Source: Epiperipatus broadwayi
Lineage: Eukaryota > Animalia > Onychophora
DNA length: 64,000 nt
Reading direction: 5' to 3'
NCBI GenBank assembly: GCA_028023455.1
Contig: JAQFVV010000007.1
Span: forward strand, 15,314,001-15,378,000
Both the position numbers and the translations under genes were made by a program. Numbering within the stretch: position 1 is the stretch's first letter; each line of letters opens with the position of its first letter. The notes under the pieces are model-generated. The model made no database searches. It saw only the letters and a list, made by a program, of their open reading frames with translations, and was not told the DNA's origin. Positions 52,780-64,000 of this stretch are shown in pieces.

Positions 52780-53620
52780 AATAATCCTTGTACTTCTTTA
52801 TAATGTCTTTAAGATGATCTATATAATCTGTGAGAGTTGCACTAACATTGACCGTAAAATACTATTTTTAGAAAGTCTGTTATTATTTATTTGCTTTATA
52901 TACCAATTCAATTAAAATGTGTTATGTACAATCAAAGATTTAACAAGATCACACCCACAAATATGAAGAATGGCAAATAAACCTTATAAACTGGCCATTA
53001 TATGTTCAGTTAATTATAAACCACCCTCAAAAATTTCAAACCACTTTTATATTAAGCTGCTAGAGATTTATGCCTCTAATTTTTATAATTCATTTGGTGA
53101 AGTAATAACCCCATGCATGATTAACGCAGTTAAAGTAATGTTTCACCAGAATATTCATGTCCACCTTTCTACCTAAAATGCAATCAAGATATTTAAACTT
53201 ATTCACATTCTCAAGATAATAATTATTCAAAACTAAGATCTTTGAAGATTTTTGATCTCATCACTGACTGCTAACCATTCAAGCTTTTGGAACATTAATT
53301 ACTAAACCAAACTCATTACGGGTAGCATATAAAATATATAAAAAAATATGTAAATCCTTAATTGAATGTGAAAAAATGGTTATTAAAATTAATCTAGAAG
53401 TCAAAAAAGATGATGTTCCTGTTTCATTGACCTTTAATAAGTTCACATTTAAAATACTACCAATTAAACCTATATTATACCTTGATACTTGTTTCAGGAA
53501 TCATCAATAAATAATTCTAAAGATCGGTTAGTTTTGATTAAAGTCATACCATACAAATCATACCTTTATTGTTGCAAGTTTAGTTTAAAAATTGTATTCT
53601 AGGTATTTAAAAAGGGCTTA
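52780..53620 (-). mobile_element. Ancient LINE reverse-transcriptase remnant (clade uncertain)
   Basis: Minus-strand peptides in RT order: LFIDD (~53500-14), EFGLVINVPK (~53285-308) and LENVNKFKYLD (~53183-215). Many stops. Confidence 0.55.
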
Positions 53621-54855
53621 AATAAGTATTCACACAGATAAGTGTCAAACAAATTAGAACAATGTGACAATAGAATTCCAGTGCATACTGTGAGTTCCAG
53701 CAAAAAAGTAACTGTTTCTCACTCTAACCTTCCTATAACATTATCTCTAAATCAATACTTATGTTTTATAGTCATACAGTTTAACCATTTACCTCAAAAA
53801 CTTTAAGACACTATCGCACTTGGAATTTTCATACTTCATTTTCAACGTTCTTCATATCTTCACAGAATGTTGCAAATCATTAGAAACATTATTGAAAGTC
53901 AGCTTCATTGTTAGATGGTTTGAATTATTTCAAACATTTCAGTAACAGTTTTGATCAATTTAAAACAAAATATAACATTCTTTTATTGTTCTATTGTTGG
54001 TTAACCTATGAAACATATTTGTCACATTTCATGTTGCAACTTGTGGTACAGATATGCTAACAAATTAAAATTTGTCTGGTCAATAACTAAACTGTGTAGT
54101 TTTGATTTGTTGAAGTTTAATTTAGTTTCAATTCAAAATTTTGCATAAAATAAAAAAATATACTCGTATGATCAGTAGTTTAGGGGCTGGAAGATATAAT
54201 TAAGCAAAATAGTTTGATAAATTGAATCAGACATTAGTACTCATATACAATTTTACTTTTGAGTAACAGCATACACATTCATAATTATATTTAATTTTTA
54301 TGACCAAGATTAAAAATAAAACAAAAGATTGTGGACAATCATTATAACAATACAAATATGAACAACAGACCACAATATTAATCAGCATTCTATTCAGAAA
54401 CAACCACCTACAAATATTTTGATACATTTCCATATATCTTTATATAAGGGAAGAATGGAACCCCCATATCTGCTATATTTTGTTTCAGAGCTCTCTACAA
54501 ATTGGCATGGATTATAGAATACATACTCAAGTTTTGAAAAAAATAAACAAATCCACCTACTGTTGCAATGGTAATTTTAATCAATCTTATAGTTTCAATT
54601 GATTAGCAATCATCTTCAGAACTGTAAGATATAACATTATATATAAATTGATTTATTTTTTATATCTTATTTCATATATAAATATATATGTATACATACC
54701 AAATATATATTCATAAACTATACATGCATAATCAATTTATATAAAGTATAAATTTAGAGGTTTTAAACTCAGACTTTCAAGCACCCTTCAACTATCCACA
54801 CTATCTCATACAACTGATACACATGACCACACACATGTAGAAAAGATTAATAATC

Positions 54856-54899
54856 GCCAATATACGTATTTCATGCTAAACCAGCACTCATCAGTTGGT
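54856..54899 (-). ncRNA. Minimal type I hammerhead ribozyme, intact core
   Basis: ACCAA-CTGATGA-GTGCT-GGTTT-AGCAT-GAAA-TACGTA-TA-TTGGC. Palindromic stem III ATACGTAT, AUA triplet, predicted cut at 54861/54860. Confidence 0.85.
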
Positions 54900-55332
54900 C
54901 CAGATTATCATCTCCCACACATATATATAATCAATGCTCAGTTTATATTAAGATAGCAAATCTTCATACTTTAATGGACAGGCTTCAATCCACTGCAATC
55001 TCCAACTTTTCAGCCATCCATATCATTGAAAATCTGATGATGAAAACTCAAATCCCATGCTGATGCTAATATTATTGCCATGCCCATGTTGACCTGAAGT
55101 CATTCTGACCCCTCATGTATAGGACAGTATCCATTAAATACATATAAGAGGGATGGACAGGATACAAGCTTGATATATAAATATTTGAAAACCAGGCACT
55201 CTTCACAAACCTGGGAGCTTAATTGTAAGTTTAGAGGATTTGAACTTAGATTTTCAAGCACCCTTCAACTATCCACACTATCTCATACAACTGATACACA
55301 TCACCACACACATGTAGAAAAGATTAATAATC

Positions 55333-55376
55333 ACCAATATACGTATTTCATTCTAAACCAGCACTCATCAGTTGGT
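55333..55376 (-). ncRNA. Second tandem hammerhead, intact core, one stem II mismatch
   Basis: ACCAA-CTGATGA-GTGCTGGTTTAGAAT-GAAA-TACGTATA-TTGGT. Predicted cut at 55338/55337. Confidence 0.8.
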
Positions 55377-56209
55377 TCAGATTATCATCTCCCACACAAC
55401 ATATATGTATAATCAATGCTCAGTTTATATTAAGATAGCAAATCTTCATACTTTAATGGGATTTGAGTTTTCATCATCAGATTTTCAATGATATGGATGG
55501 CTGAAAAATTGGAGATTGCAGTGGATTGAAGCCTGTCCATTAAAGTATGAAGATTTGCTATCTTAATATAAACTGAGCATTCATTATATATATATATGTG
55601 TGTGGAAGATGATAATCTGGACAGACTAATGAGTGCTGGTTTAGCATGAAATACATATATTGGTGATTATTAATCTTTTCTACATGTGTGTGGACATGTG
55701 TATCAGTTGTATGAGATAGTGTGTATAGTTGAAGGGTGCTTGAAAATCTGAGTTCAAATCCTCTAAACTTACAATTAAGCTCCCAGGTTTGTCAAGAGTG
55801 CCTGGTTTTCAAATATTTATATAAAGTATGTAAATAAATACATCCAATATATGTAATGACATTAACTGTTTATACTTATTTTATACGGAATGTAATAAGT
55901 GCACTTATACACAACTATAGATTGCGCTTGTTATTTCTATAAATTAAATTAAATAAGGCTTAGCCTTTTGAGAACTTATGGTGTCCTATATATATATTGT
56001 ACCCATCCATTTTGGTGCAGACAATGTTAAGTAGGTTGTAAAAGTACCATTTTTAAAAAAAAAAAAAAAAAGTTAGAGTCTTTGATAAGTCATACTTATA
56101 ATTATATAAGTAAAAGGACTCGAACTTGATAAAAGAAGTACACAGATAGATTATAAAATGTCTTATTAAATTATTTTAACTATAAAAGTAAAAAATAAGA
56201 GTAATATAA

Positions 56210-56308
56210 TCTAGTCAAGCGTTGGTGACTTAGTGGTTAGCATAGCTGCTAGCACCTGGCCCGGGTTCGCTTCCCTGCCAACGCATTTGACATATGAAAA
56301 AAAAAAAA
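56210..56308 (+). mobile_element. tRNA-Gly-derived SINE/retrocopy with A12 tail and 10-bp TSD
   Basis: GCGTTGGTGACTTAGTGGTTAGCATAGCTGCT(anticodon loop deleted)AGCA..CCCGGGTTCGCTTCCCTGCCAACGCA-TTTGACATATG-A12. AGTAATATAA occurs at 56200-09 and 56308-17. Confidence 0.88.
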
Positions 56309-56909
56309 GTAATATAAACTATTATTTTATAAGTAAAGTAGATGTATGTCTGCTATATTTAAAAAGTTATAGTTGGTATTTTGCGTAATAGGCACTGTAA
56401 TAAATCAATAGTTTAATAAGTCTAGTATTAATATTTAATAAAGTACTTAATAAGTTGAAAATAATTTAAATTGTTTAATAATTCTTATTAAAAGTTATGA
56501 ATAACATTGCATAATGTTTAGATGGGTCAATTTTATTCATTATGATATAATAAATAGAAAATTATATTCTAAATTGCTTTTTTGCATTAAATATTTAATA
56601 CAATGTATTTTAAATTAATTATTTATTTGAAACATATTACAGACACAGTAAGTTAAATTTTGTTATAGTATGTCTTGAAAGTTATCATGTGACTGATAGA
56701 TGTGTGTGAGTGCTTTCCAGAATTTGAAATAAAGTTTCAAATATGTTTAAAATTAATCGTAAAACTGATACAGTCTGAACATCATAAATAAATTTAAAGA
56801 CAATATTTTAAGTTCGTTTCAACTAGTAAAGTGAATACAAATTGATACATTAAATTTAATATTTTATTACAAATTGGTCTTTTATATTATTTAAAATATT
56901 TTATATTGC

Positions 56910-58175
56910 ATGAATATTTCTTCTCCACACATACACTAGCTCTTTACTTCATCTATAGCATGATAAAAGTCTAAATTTAATTCAGTTTTGATCCCTATTT
57001 CATTTCTTCTCAACACACCCTAGCATTCTACTTTACTTCATTTATCTATTTCATATATAGTCTCTAGGTCTTTTACAATCTCTCAGAATCCATTTAAAAT
57101 ATCAGCTCTCCATCTAATGTCAATTCTTCTTGCAACATGTTAAATCCTTTTCCATTCCACTCTCTTAATTCTTTTAATAATATTAGTGATATGTATTTGT
57201 TTTTTCATCCATGTATTTTTTAGTTCATTTTTCCTTGTTTCTTCTGACACACATCTTTAAATTTCATTGAGTTATCTCTCTGTATTGCTCTTCTATTAGG
57301 TGTTCACATCTTACATTCATAAATAACAACTGGTAAAATAAAACAACCAGTAAAACTATATTCTAAAAGCTTTTTTTCCCCAAGAACATACTATATATAT
57401 ATATATATATATATATAGTATGTTCTTGAGATCCCCCAAGAACATACTATATATATATATATGCAGTTATCCTATAAAATCACTCCATCCAAGTTCAATT
57501 CCACAATTAATTTTATCCATTGTCTTTTCATCTGTATTAATAATTTGACAAAGAATTTGTAATTGCTAACTTCTTATCACTCTTTATTTTCCTTTTGTGA
57601 GGAAATCCATTGAACATTACTTTAGACTTTTTAGCATTGATTTCTAGTCTTAGTTTCTTACTTTTATCTACTAACTTTTGTAACTTTTCTGAAGTTCAGA
57701 AATATTATTTTCCAAAATAATGGCATCATTGGCCAAATCTATATGATGTAAATAATCTCCATTTATTTTACTTACTTTGTTTTCTATTTTATACACAAAA
57801 TACTTTGTGTAAGCTTCTGTATTACGCTTTGGAGATATTAAATTGCTTTGGTAGACATGCTTTTCAATGTTAATCTTCTTAGTGTTAGTATGTAATCTAA
57901 TAATTGTTGTTGCATTTTACTATCTATTCTTCAGAATATGACAATAGTATGAGTCTATATCTTGATGATCCACAGCTTTAATTTCCATGGAAATTGTATA
58001 GAATCCAATGTCTTTTTATAATATCCAAATCCAAAGTGTAATGGTAATCCATATTTATTATTTTTTTCTGTAATTTCTCTAAACACTTGGAAGTGATCCA
58101 ATGTGCTAAAACACTTTTAAATCCAGATTTTTCAGTTGGTTGGTTAGCATGCAAAGTTTGATGTAGATACAGAGT
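56910..58175 (-). mobile_element. Old, heavily decayed RTE copy of the same family as 11635-14600
   Basis: The minus strand aligns from CAACCAACTGAAAAATCTGGATTTAAAAGTG (cf. 13405-13440) through GAGAGATTGTAAAAGACC (cf. 14428). Interrupted at 57380-57462. Confidence 0.8.
57381..57462. repeat. (TA)n-centred perfect palindrome followed by a direct duplication
   Basis: CAAGAACATAC-(TA)n-GTATGTTCTTG, then CCCCAAGAACATAC(TA)n again. Confidence 0.9.
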
Positions 58176-60002
58176 TACCATATTTGGGTGTTAGGTTGTG
58201 CAACACATTGAGGTACTTCATCAATGGGGGTGCCAAATCACCATGGTTATTAATAAAAATTATATGTAAATAAATCTATTTAGATTTCTAAATCACTCCA
58301 TTGTTACAAACATGTTCTAATGACAATTAATTTTTATTTAAATATAAACTATTTTTTAAAATATATTAAACATTTATCTATGTGCTAAAACAAACAGATG
58401 AGCACCATTTTACCACAAAAAGTAAAAAGCTGTATATGTAAATAAAAATGTTTTAATTTTTGAATTACTTCATTGTTAGAAACATATTTTGACTGCAAAT
58501 ATTTTTATTTAAATATAAGAGGATTATTTTTTTACTTAAGTCTCATTACAAATGTTTGACACATGTTAAATATTACATAGTCCAACATTGCACTAAAGCA
58601 ACAGACCACTGTTATTTGACCATGATCATTAATAAAATTGATATGGAAATGAAAATGTTTAGATTTCTGAATCACATTTATTTAAATCTCTTAATTTATA
58701 TAAAAAGTAGCACATTACCATTAATAATTATTTAAAAGGAAACTTATTAAAAAATATTGCCTCATAATAATTACAATAATTCTACAGAAAAGTCAATAGT
58801 CATATAGTAGGTAATTATATTTATCAATCATAGTTTATACCTTCTTTATTGTGTGTTTGATGGAGCATAGCATTAGAGTATCAGATGCTGAAATATAGGA
58901 TCTGGGGATCCAATTTAGTGCAGTCTCAAGGTTTTCTTTTTTTAATACTTATTTTTTTAGTACCAATATTATGTTTTTTAAAAAAGTACCAATATTATTT
59001 GCTAATCCACTTTTCTTTAGATTTGGACTGTCAGGGACTTTGTTACCTAATATTGATCCGTAATATTACTCAAGCACAGGACAGACCAAATCCAAGAAAA
59101 ACATACTTAGTAAAAGAATATATATTTTTAAATATATTATTGCATGCATTTCATTAAAATATTATTTAGTGCCATGAGTTTTGATTGTAACACTTGTACA
59201 TCACTTAAAACTGCTCTTTTGGAAAAGGGGTTTACCACTTGTTTGAATATTTTTAATTATTATCATAATCTATGATTAAACAAAAGAAACTGCAAGGCAT
59301 GGTAATAACATTTAAAAATGTATCCAATAATGTAAATATAAAAATTTTTTCCTTTAAGTGAATATAATGTAGATTCTTAACCCCTAAATATCAGACTGAA
59401 TAACATGATTAAATTATTATACTGAAATAATGAGCGTATAAAAAATTAAATGATGAAGTAGTGTGAATATTCTATTAATGAGTGAATATTTGTGAAGCTA
59501 ATTTTATTAATAGAAAACATAAACAAGTTCATGCATAAAGGATTAGGAATAAAGTAAAGTAACTAACAAGAGTTGTTTTAAACTAACTAATTAACATACT
59601 TATTAGAGTTGACTATTTGTTTTATCACATGGCAAATTTCTCAATTTATTTTGCATTCATCATGAACAGGAGTGTCAATATGTAAATAAAAAGTAAGTGT
59701 CAATAATTATAATTTTTTAATAATCTACTGTTTCAATGAAACTATATAGAATTCATTTTGTTTTAAATTTTCTAATTTTATTTCATGGGCAGAACCAGCT
59801 CATGAAAAAGAGAGTAATATAATATTTTCATGCAGAGAAAAAGAAGTATTTTTCACATGATAAAAAACGCTGTGATTCCCTGAATATAAGACTGAGTTTT
59901 AATTAATTTTCACTCCAAAGATATTCCAGGACTTATTTTCAGGGGATGTTTTATTTTTTCATATATAAAAATCTACATTTATTCAAGTACTTCTCTTTAC
60001 AG

Positions 60003-60132
60003 AAAGCTGCAAAATTTTTGTTCCTGGAGCCTTCCATAATTCCCCTCTTGTACTTGATGGAATAGCTTTATTTTTGTACTCATCTGGTCTGGGGATCAAA
60101 TATTCTGTTTAAAACTACCATTAAACCAATTG
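60003..60132 (+). other. Candidate non-coding/UTR exon
   Basis: Strong acceptor TTCTCTTTACAG| and donor TTG|GTAAGT; stops in all three frames. Confidence 0.25.
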
Positions 60133-61023
60133 GTAAGTGAAGGCTTATGAAACAGGAGTGGTACCAAAAATGATTACAATTAAGAATGATTGTCCACACA
60201 AAAGTAATGAAAAAATGCAGGCACAAAAATTCTGAAAATGTTTCTGTATTTCACACAAGTGCATTAAATACGTTTGTTGCAACACACATTGTATTGAATT
60301 CTAATAATTCACAAAAGACTCATTCACATCTGTCCATTATAGAGTATGCACATTGTAAACACTTTCCAAATTATTCATAATAGCCCCATTTGGTTATTCT
60401 TTTTTAAAAATTTTGTTTAGGTGAAAGATTGATTTAAACTAAACTTTGATTATTAAAATCATTTCTGTTATTTAAAATCTTTTAGGATGAAAAAAAAAAC
60501 ATTTAAGAAACCAAACTGACTTTTTTTATCTTGAGTATTTAAATTCTCTTAGGAAGAAGAATATATTTAAAAAACAAAACTGAATTTTCTTTTATCTTGA
60601 ATATTTAAAGGCTACCTAATTAAACTCTAAAACTGATCAAGCATTCTAAATTTAAGTGCTAAATGTAAATAAAATAAATACCTAAAATTACATAAATGAA
60701 ATTATAAATTATCTGATATATTGGCAAGTGGTAGGAAAAATTTTAAAAGTTTGTTAAATTATTTGTAACATTGATAAATAGTTTACCTTAAGTCCAAGAT
60801 TCAGCAGAGAGAAAATTGTATCAATATACAGGTAAAATTATGTTTGGTGAAGACAATCAATGGAAAAATATCTAAGTACCATTCTAATTTATATTACCAT
60901 TTATTTACAGCATTAATGTCAATAATATTATTTATTTAAACATTCATTACTTTATAATTCCCAAACATTCAACATATGTTTCAATAGACTAAGAAAATCA
61001 ACCCAATCAACTGCTGATTTTAA

Positions 61024-61123
61024 CTAGGGGTTATATTTGGGGTAGGGCTTATATTAAGAGCATCATGAAAAGTATACTAGGGCTTATTTCCATGTTAGGT
61101 TTTATTTTGGGGAAAACATGGTA
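61024..61123 (+). mobile_element. 3' end of a pogo/Tigger-like Tc1-mariner MITE
   Basis: Repeated TAGGGCTTAT(A/T)TT motifs ending TTATTTTGGGGAAAACATGGTA. No 5' TIR was located. Confidence 0.45.
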
Positions 61124-61404
61124 GATATTTAAAAAAATCTTACTTGTTAATACTGACAATTGCACAAACTGGTACTTATAATAAATAAATAAATAGTTAT
61201 TTATTAAAAATTATAAATACGATTTTATGCAATTTTATTGAATCAACATTTGAGAAAACAAAATAAAATACATATAATACAAAAAATATTTTATTTTCTT
61301 CAATGGTTTATTGCAAATCCATTAGTGATATCATCCTAATTTAACTTTTTTTTTGAAACTTCTAATAAAAAAAAATGCTAATAAAGAGAATCATTATTAT
61401 TATT

Positions 61405-61902
61405 AAGCTGGTATTTTTAGATCTAATATCTGAATATTTTAGTGCCTTACTGACAAAAGCCAACATCTAGAAACTGGTCTGGGGATAGGGATATTCAGAA
61501 AAACTTGTTAAGAGATATTCATGCTCATTATATAACATTTGTATTACAAGCTTATTAAACTATGTCACGTGATATATGACTTGATTTCTTTATGATTATA
61601 GTTTTTTCTTGAGGCTATAGTGATGTTATATTGCTAAAGCTGTTAATATATGATGTATCTGAACATAGTTCCATCCCATATGGCTATTAAAGTTAGATAG
61701 CTGGATTTGAAGACATATGATGTGTGAAAAATTCAGATATTCTATTTAATAACTAACTATTAGATAAATACTGGGCTTAAGCTGGTATTTTTAGATCTAA
61801 TGTCTGAATATCCTAGTGCTCTCTGATGAAAGCAAATACTGTATCTAGAAAATAGTCTGAGGACACGGATATTCAGAAAAGCTTTTAAAGAGCTATTCAT
61901 GC
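61405..61902 (+). mobile_element. Direct tandem pair of family HH-B repeats (period ~374-378 nt), each with a decayed hammerhead
   Basis: AAGCTGGTATTTTTAGATCTAAT starts at 61405 and 61779. Cores CTGACAA (61450) and CTGATGA (61823) are followed by GAAA..GTC-TG(G/A)GG. Confidence 0.7.
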
Positions 61903-61965
61903 TATATGAATTTCTTAAAACTTAAAAAAAAAAACGGCGGAGAGGTTCGAAATTCACATAGAACT

Positions 61966-62005
61966 GGCTCTGAAATAAACTGCAGGGCAGTTGAAATGTA
62001 AGATT
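61966..62005 (+). ncRNA. Hammerhead-like motif, family HH-C
   Basis: GGCT-CTGAAAT-A-AACTGC-AGG-GCAGTT-GAAA-TGTA-AG. Stem II is a perfect 6 bp; the core is mutated. Confidence 0.55.
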
Positions 62006-63655
62006 GGGTGTACATATATACAATATTTTTATTTTGCGAAGAAATGTTCAAAGTAAGCTGGACGAGTTGCATTTATATATCACAGCGAAATAAACGAAGT
62101 GGTGAATTTATTAATATCTGTGAGGAAATAAGTAACAGTACATTTCATAAATTGTTTTTATATGTAATGTGTAAAGAGAGGCATTCAATTTTAGCATTTT
62201 AATTTTACCTATTCGCAGAACAATAATGCTTCTCTAAATGTATTAAAATATAAGCATTTTGGGAACTTGACCCAACTAATTATAATCACATTTCACTTTC
62301 ACACACACACACGCGCATACAGACAGATTACTTATATATTAGAATTCAGTTATGAAATAAAGTTACAGCAGTGAGTAATATTTAATGCTGAAATAAATCT
62401 TTTCAACATCACGTCTAAAGAAGAAAAAAGTCTGTCAATTGTTTATTCTTAAGTTAAACAAGCGAAAGCCGCACAGTCAAACATTTTCTAAAAGTCATTA
62501 TTTTTAGTCAGCAAAACTTTGCCTTTGTTAAAAAGTGAACCATAGTAAGTTAATCTATTCTTTAAATTGAAAGGAAGGGGGAATTGATTTTTTTTTTTAA
62601 AAAAAAAAGGGAGAAGATATTAATAGTATAAAATTAGATTATTAATTCATATGCTTAAATAAAACAATATTAAGTTTATAACAATTAAAATTTAGTGACT
62701 CTTCCCAATCTTGGCTCTATGCTAAGAGCTTTAATTTGGTGCCAAGGATTTTTCAATAAATATTTTTAAAAAAATACATAATGTTAATCAAAATTTAGAG
62801 ATAGAGACACAAGAAGCTATTTCACATACACATACACTCATTACTTACATATCAGGATTCAATTATGGAATGAAGAAGCTTAAAGTTATAAAACAATTTT
62901 CCATTATTAGTATATTTTGTTCAGAGAGATTTATGAACATGCTACTATGGAGTAAGATTTATATTTGTTTCACTCGTCATTACAATGATCTGATTCTATC
63001 TATCCTTTTTTATATTCTCCAGCTGTCATGCATCAGCATAAATGACATGCCATTTTCAGTAAATATATGATAATCATGTTGCTACTGTAGGCTTTTGGAA
63101 TTTAACACAATTAGGATTGCTATTTCAATACCTCTTTATAATCTTCATTCTTCTTCCATGTCAGTTAAAATATATTGTAAAAAACATCATGTTTATTCAT
63201 GTGATGAAGTGTGGATTATTATATCACTATGTTAAGCTACCAGAATGCAATATTCCAAAGTTCTTACTTTTTCCATACATCAATACAATAATTAAGTTTC
63301 ATCTGTGCGCATCTTAATAGTAATAATCTTTGCTAATTCCAAACACAAATGTTCTCATACTACTAGTGGATTTTTAAAGGGTTTTATTTTTATTGAGAGA
63401 CCCTAAATATAACTCCCACATTACTCCTTTATTTCAAATTATGGAATTCTCCTTTGTACATTTTATTTCATTTACTCTACTTTGTCTGTCTGTTTGAAAA
63501 ATTTTATAACTCAATATTCTCCCACTTTCCAATTTCCAATCTAGTTGAAACTTACCATAAACATGTATTCCTAATGTTAATACATTTTTTGAGAGATTAT
63601 AGTCAATTTTACCAAAAAAAAAAAAATCAAATTTAAATTTCTAATTTTATATAGG

Positions 63656-64000
63656 ATGTGATGTGATGTACTGTAGCTTCTCCTTAAACGGAGTCAAGAA
63701 TCTCTCAACAATTATGCCCAGAGAAACCTGTTAGCCACTTTATTTTCCATTCCCCAGTCTAAGTTTTCCCATATTCTGCTCCATCCCATTTCTACAACAT
63801 AATCTTTGTCAACTCTATTGCCTTTATATCTAAATCCCTCTTATCTTTTTCCAAACCCAGCATAAAAACCAATAATCCACTTTCTGTACAATCACTTTTT
63901 TCATATTTATTATTCCATAACTTCATTATATGTACCCTTTCTGTTTTCAAGCATTTACATTCAATTAACAGATGCCTAATATTTTCTATTCCTTCCTTAC
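63656..64000 (-). mobile_element. 3' end of a LINE with C-terminal CCHC-type motif and (CACAT)n tail
   Basis: Minus-strand peptides EGIENIRHLLIECKCL and LVFMLGL..AIELTKIML*KW. Tail CATCACATCACATC. A homologous stub lies at 19517. Confidence 0.65.

Larger units (their letters stand above)
54750..55814. mobile_element. Composite HH-A retrozyme/Penelope-like insertion: 1.5 tandem units on minus (period 477 nt) plus an inverted partial unit, flanked by a 15-bp TSD
   Basis: 54751-54978 is repeated at 55228-55459. The inverted copy spans 55456-55823. ATTTATATAAAGTAT occurs at 54735-49 and 55815-29. There is no long ORF. Confidence 0.88.

Noticed and set aside
55715-55765. Pol III A/B boxes (TAGTTGAAGGG ... 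GAGTTCAAATCC) inside the HH-A unit
   Set aside because: The spacing is only ~15 nt and the motif is absent from the 21-kb subfamily. Kept only as a remote possibility.
62030-62200. RTE-like peptide (FKVSWT...LFLYVMCKE)
   Set aside because: The similarity is too weak to support without a profile search.

Overview
Very AT-rich, CpG-depleted eukaryotic DNA, most likely an invertebrate animal; the taxon cannot be fixed from this window. No intact host protein-coding gene can be recognised, only a few weak exon candidates. The window is dominated by mobile DNA: (1) a near-full-length but defective RTE-clade LINE (~11.64-14.60 kb, APE + RT) and five more fragments of the same family; (2) a full-length defective Buster-type hAT transposon (25052-29569; TIRs, 8-bp TSD, broken GTF2IRD2/SPIN-like transposase) with an internal ~363-bp tandem repeat; (3) remnants of L1/Tx1, BovB-like RTE and two other LINEs; (4) a tRNA-Gly(TCC)-derived SINE (2 copies) and several MITE/foldback elements. 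The most notable signal is a set of about 20 minimal type I hammerhead-ribozyme-like motifs in about 5 unrelated repeat families. In every family stem III is, or reconstructs to, a palindrome (dimer-type HHR), and most copies sit in inverted or tandem arrays. One family forms non-coding ~480-nt units bounded by two hammerheads, with an inverted partial copy and TSDs (54.75-55.81 kb; 20.91-21.65 kb). This is the architecture of non-autonomous Penelope-like elements / retrozymes and could produce self-cleaving, circularisable RNAs. All alignments, folds and coordinates were done by eye, and no database search was run.
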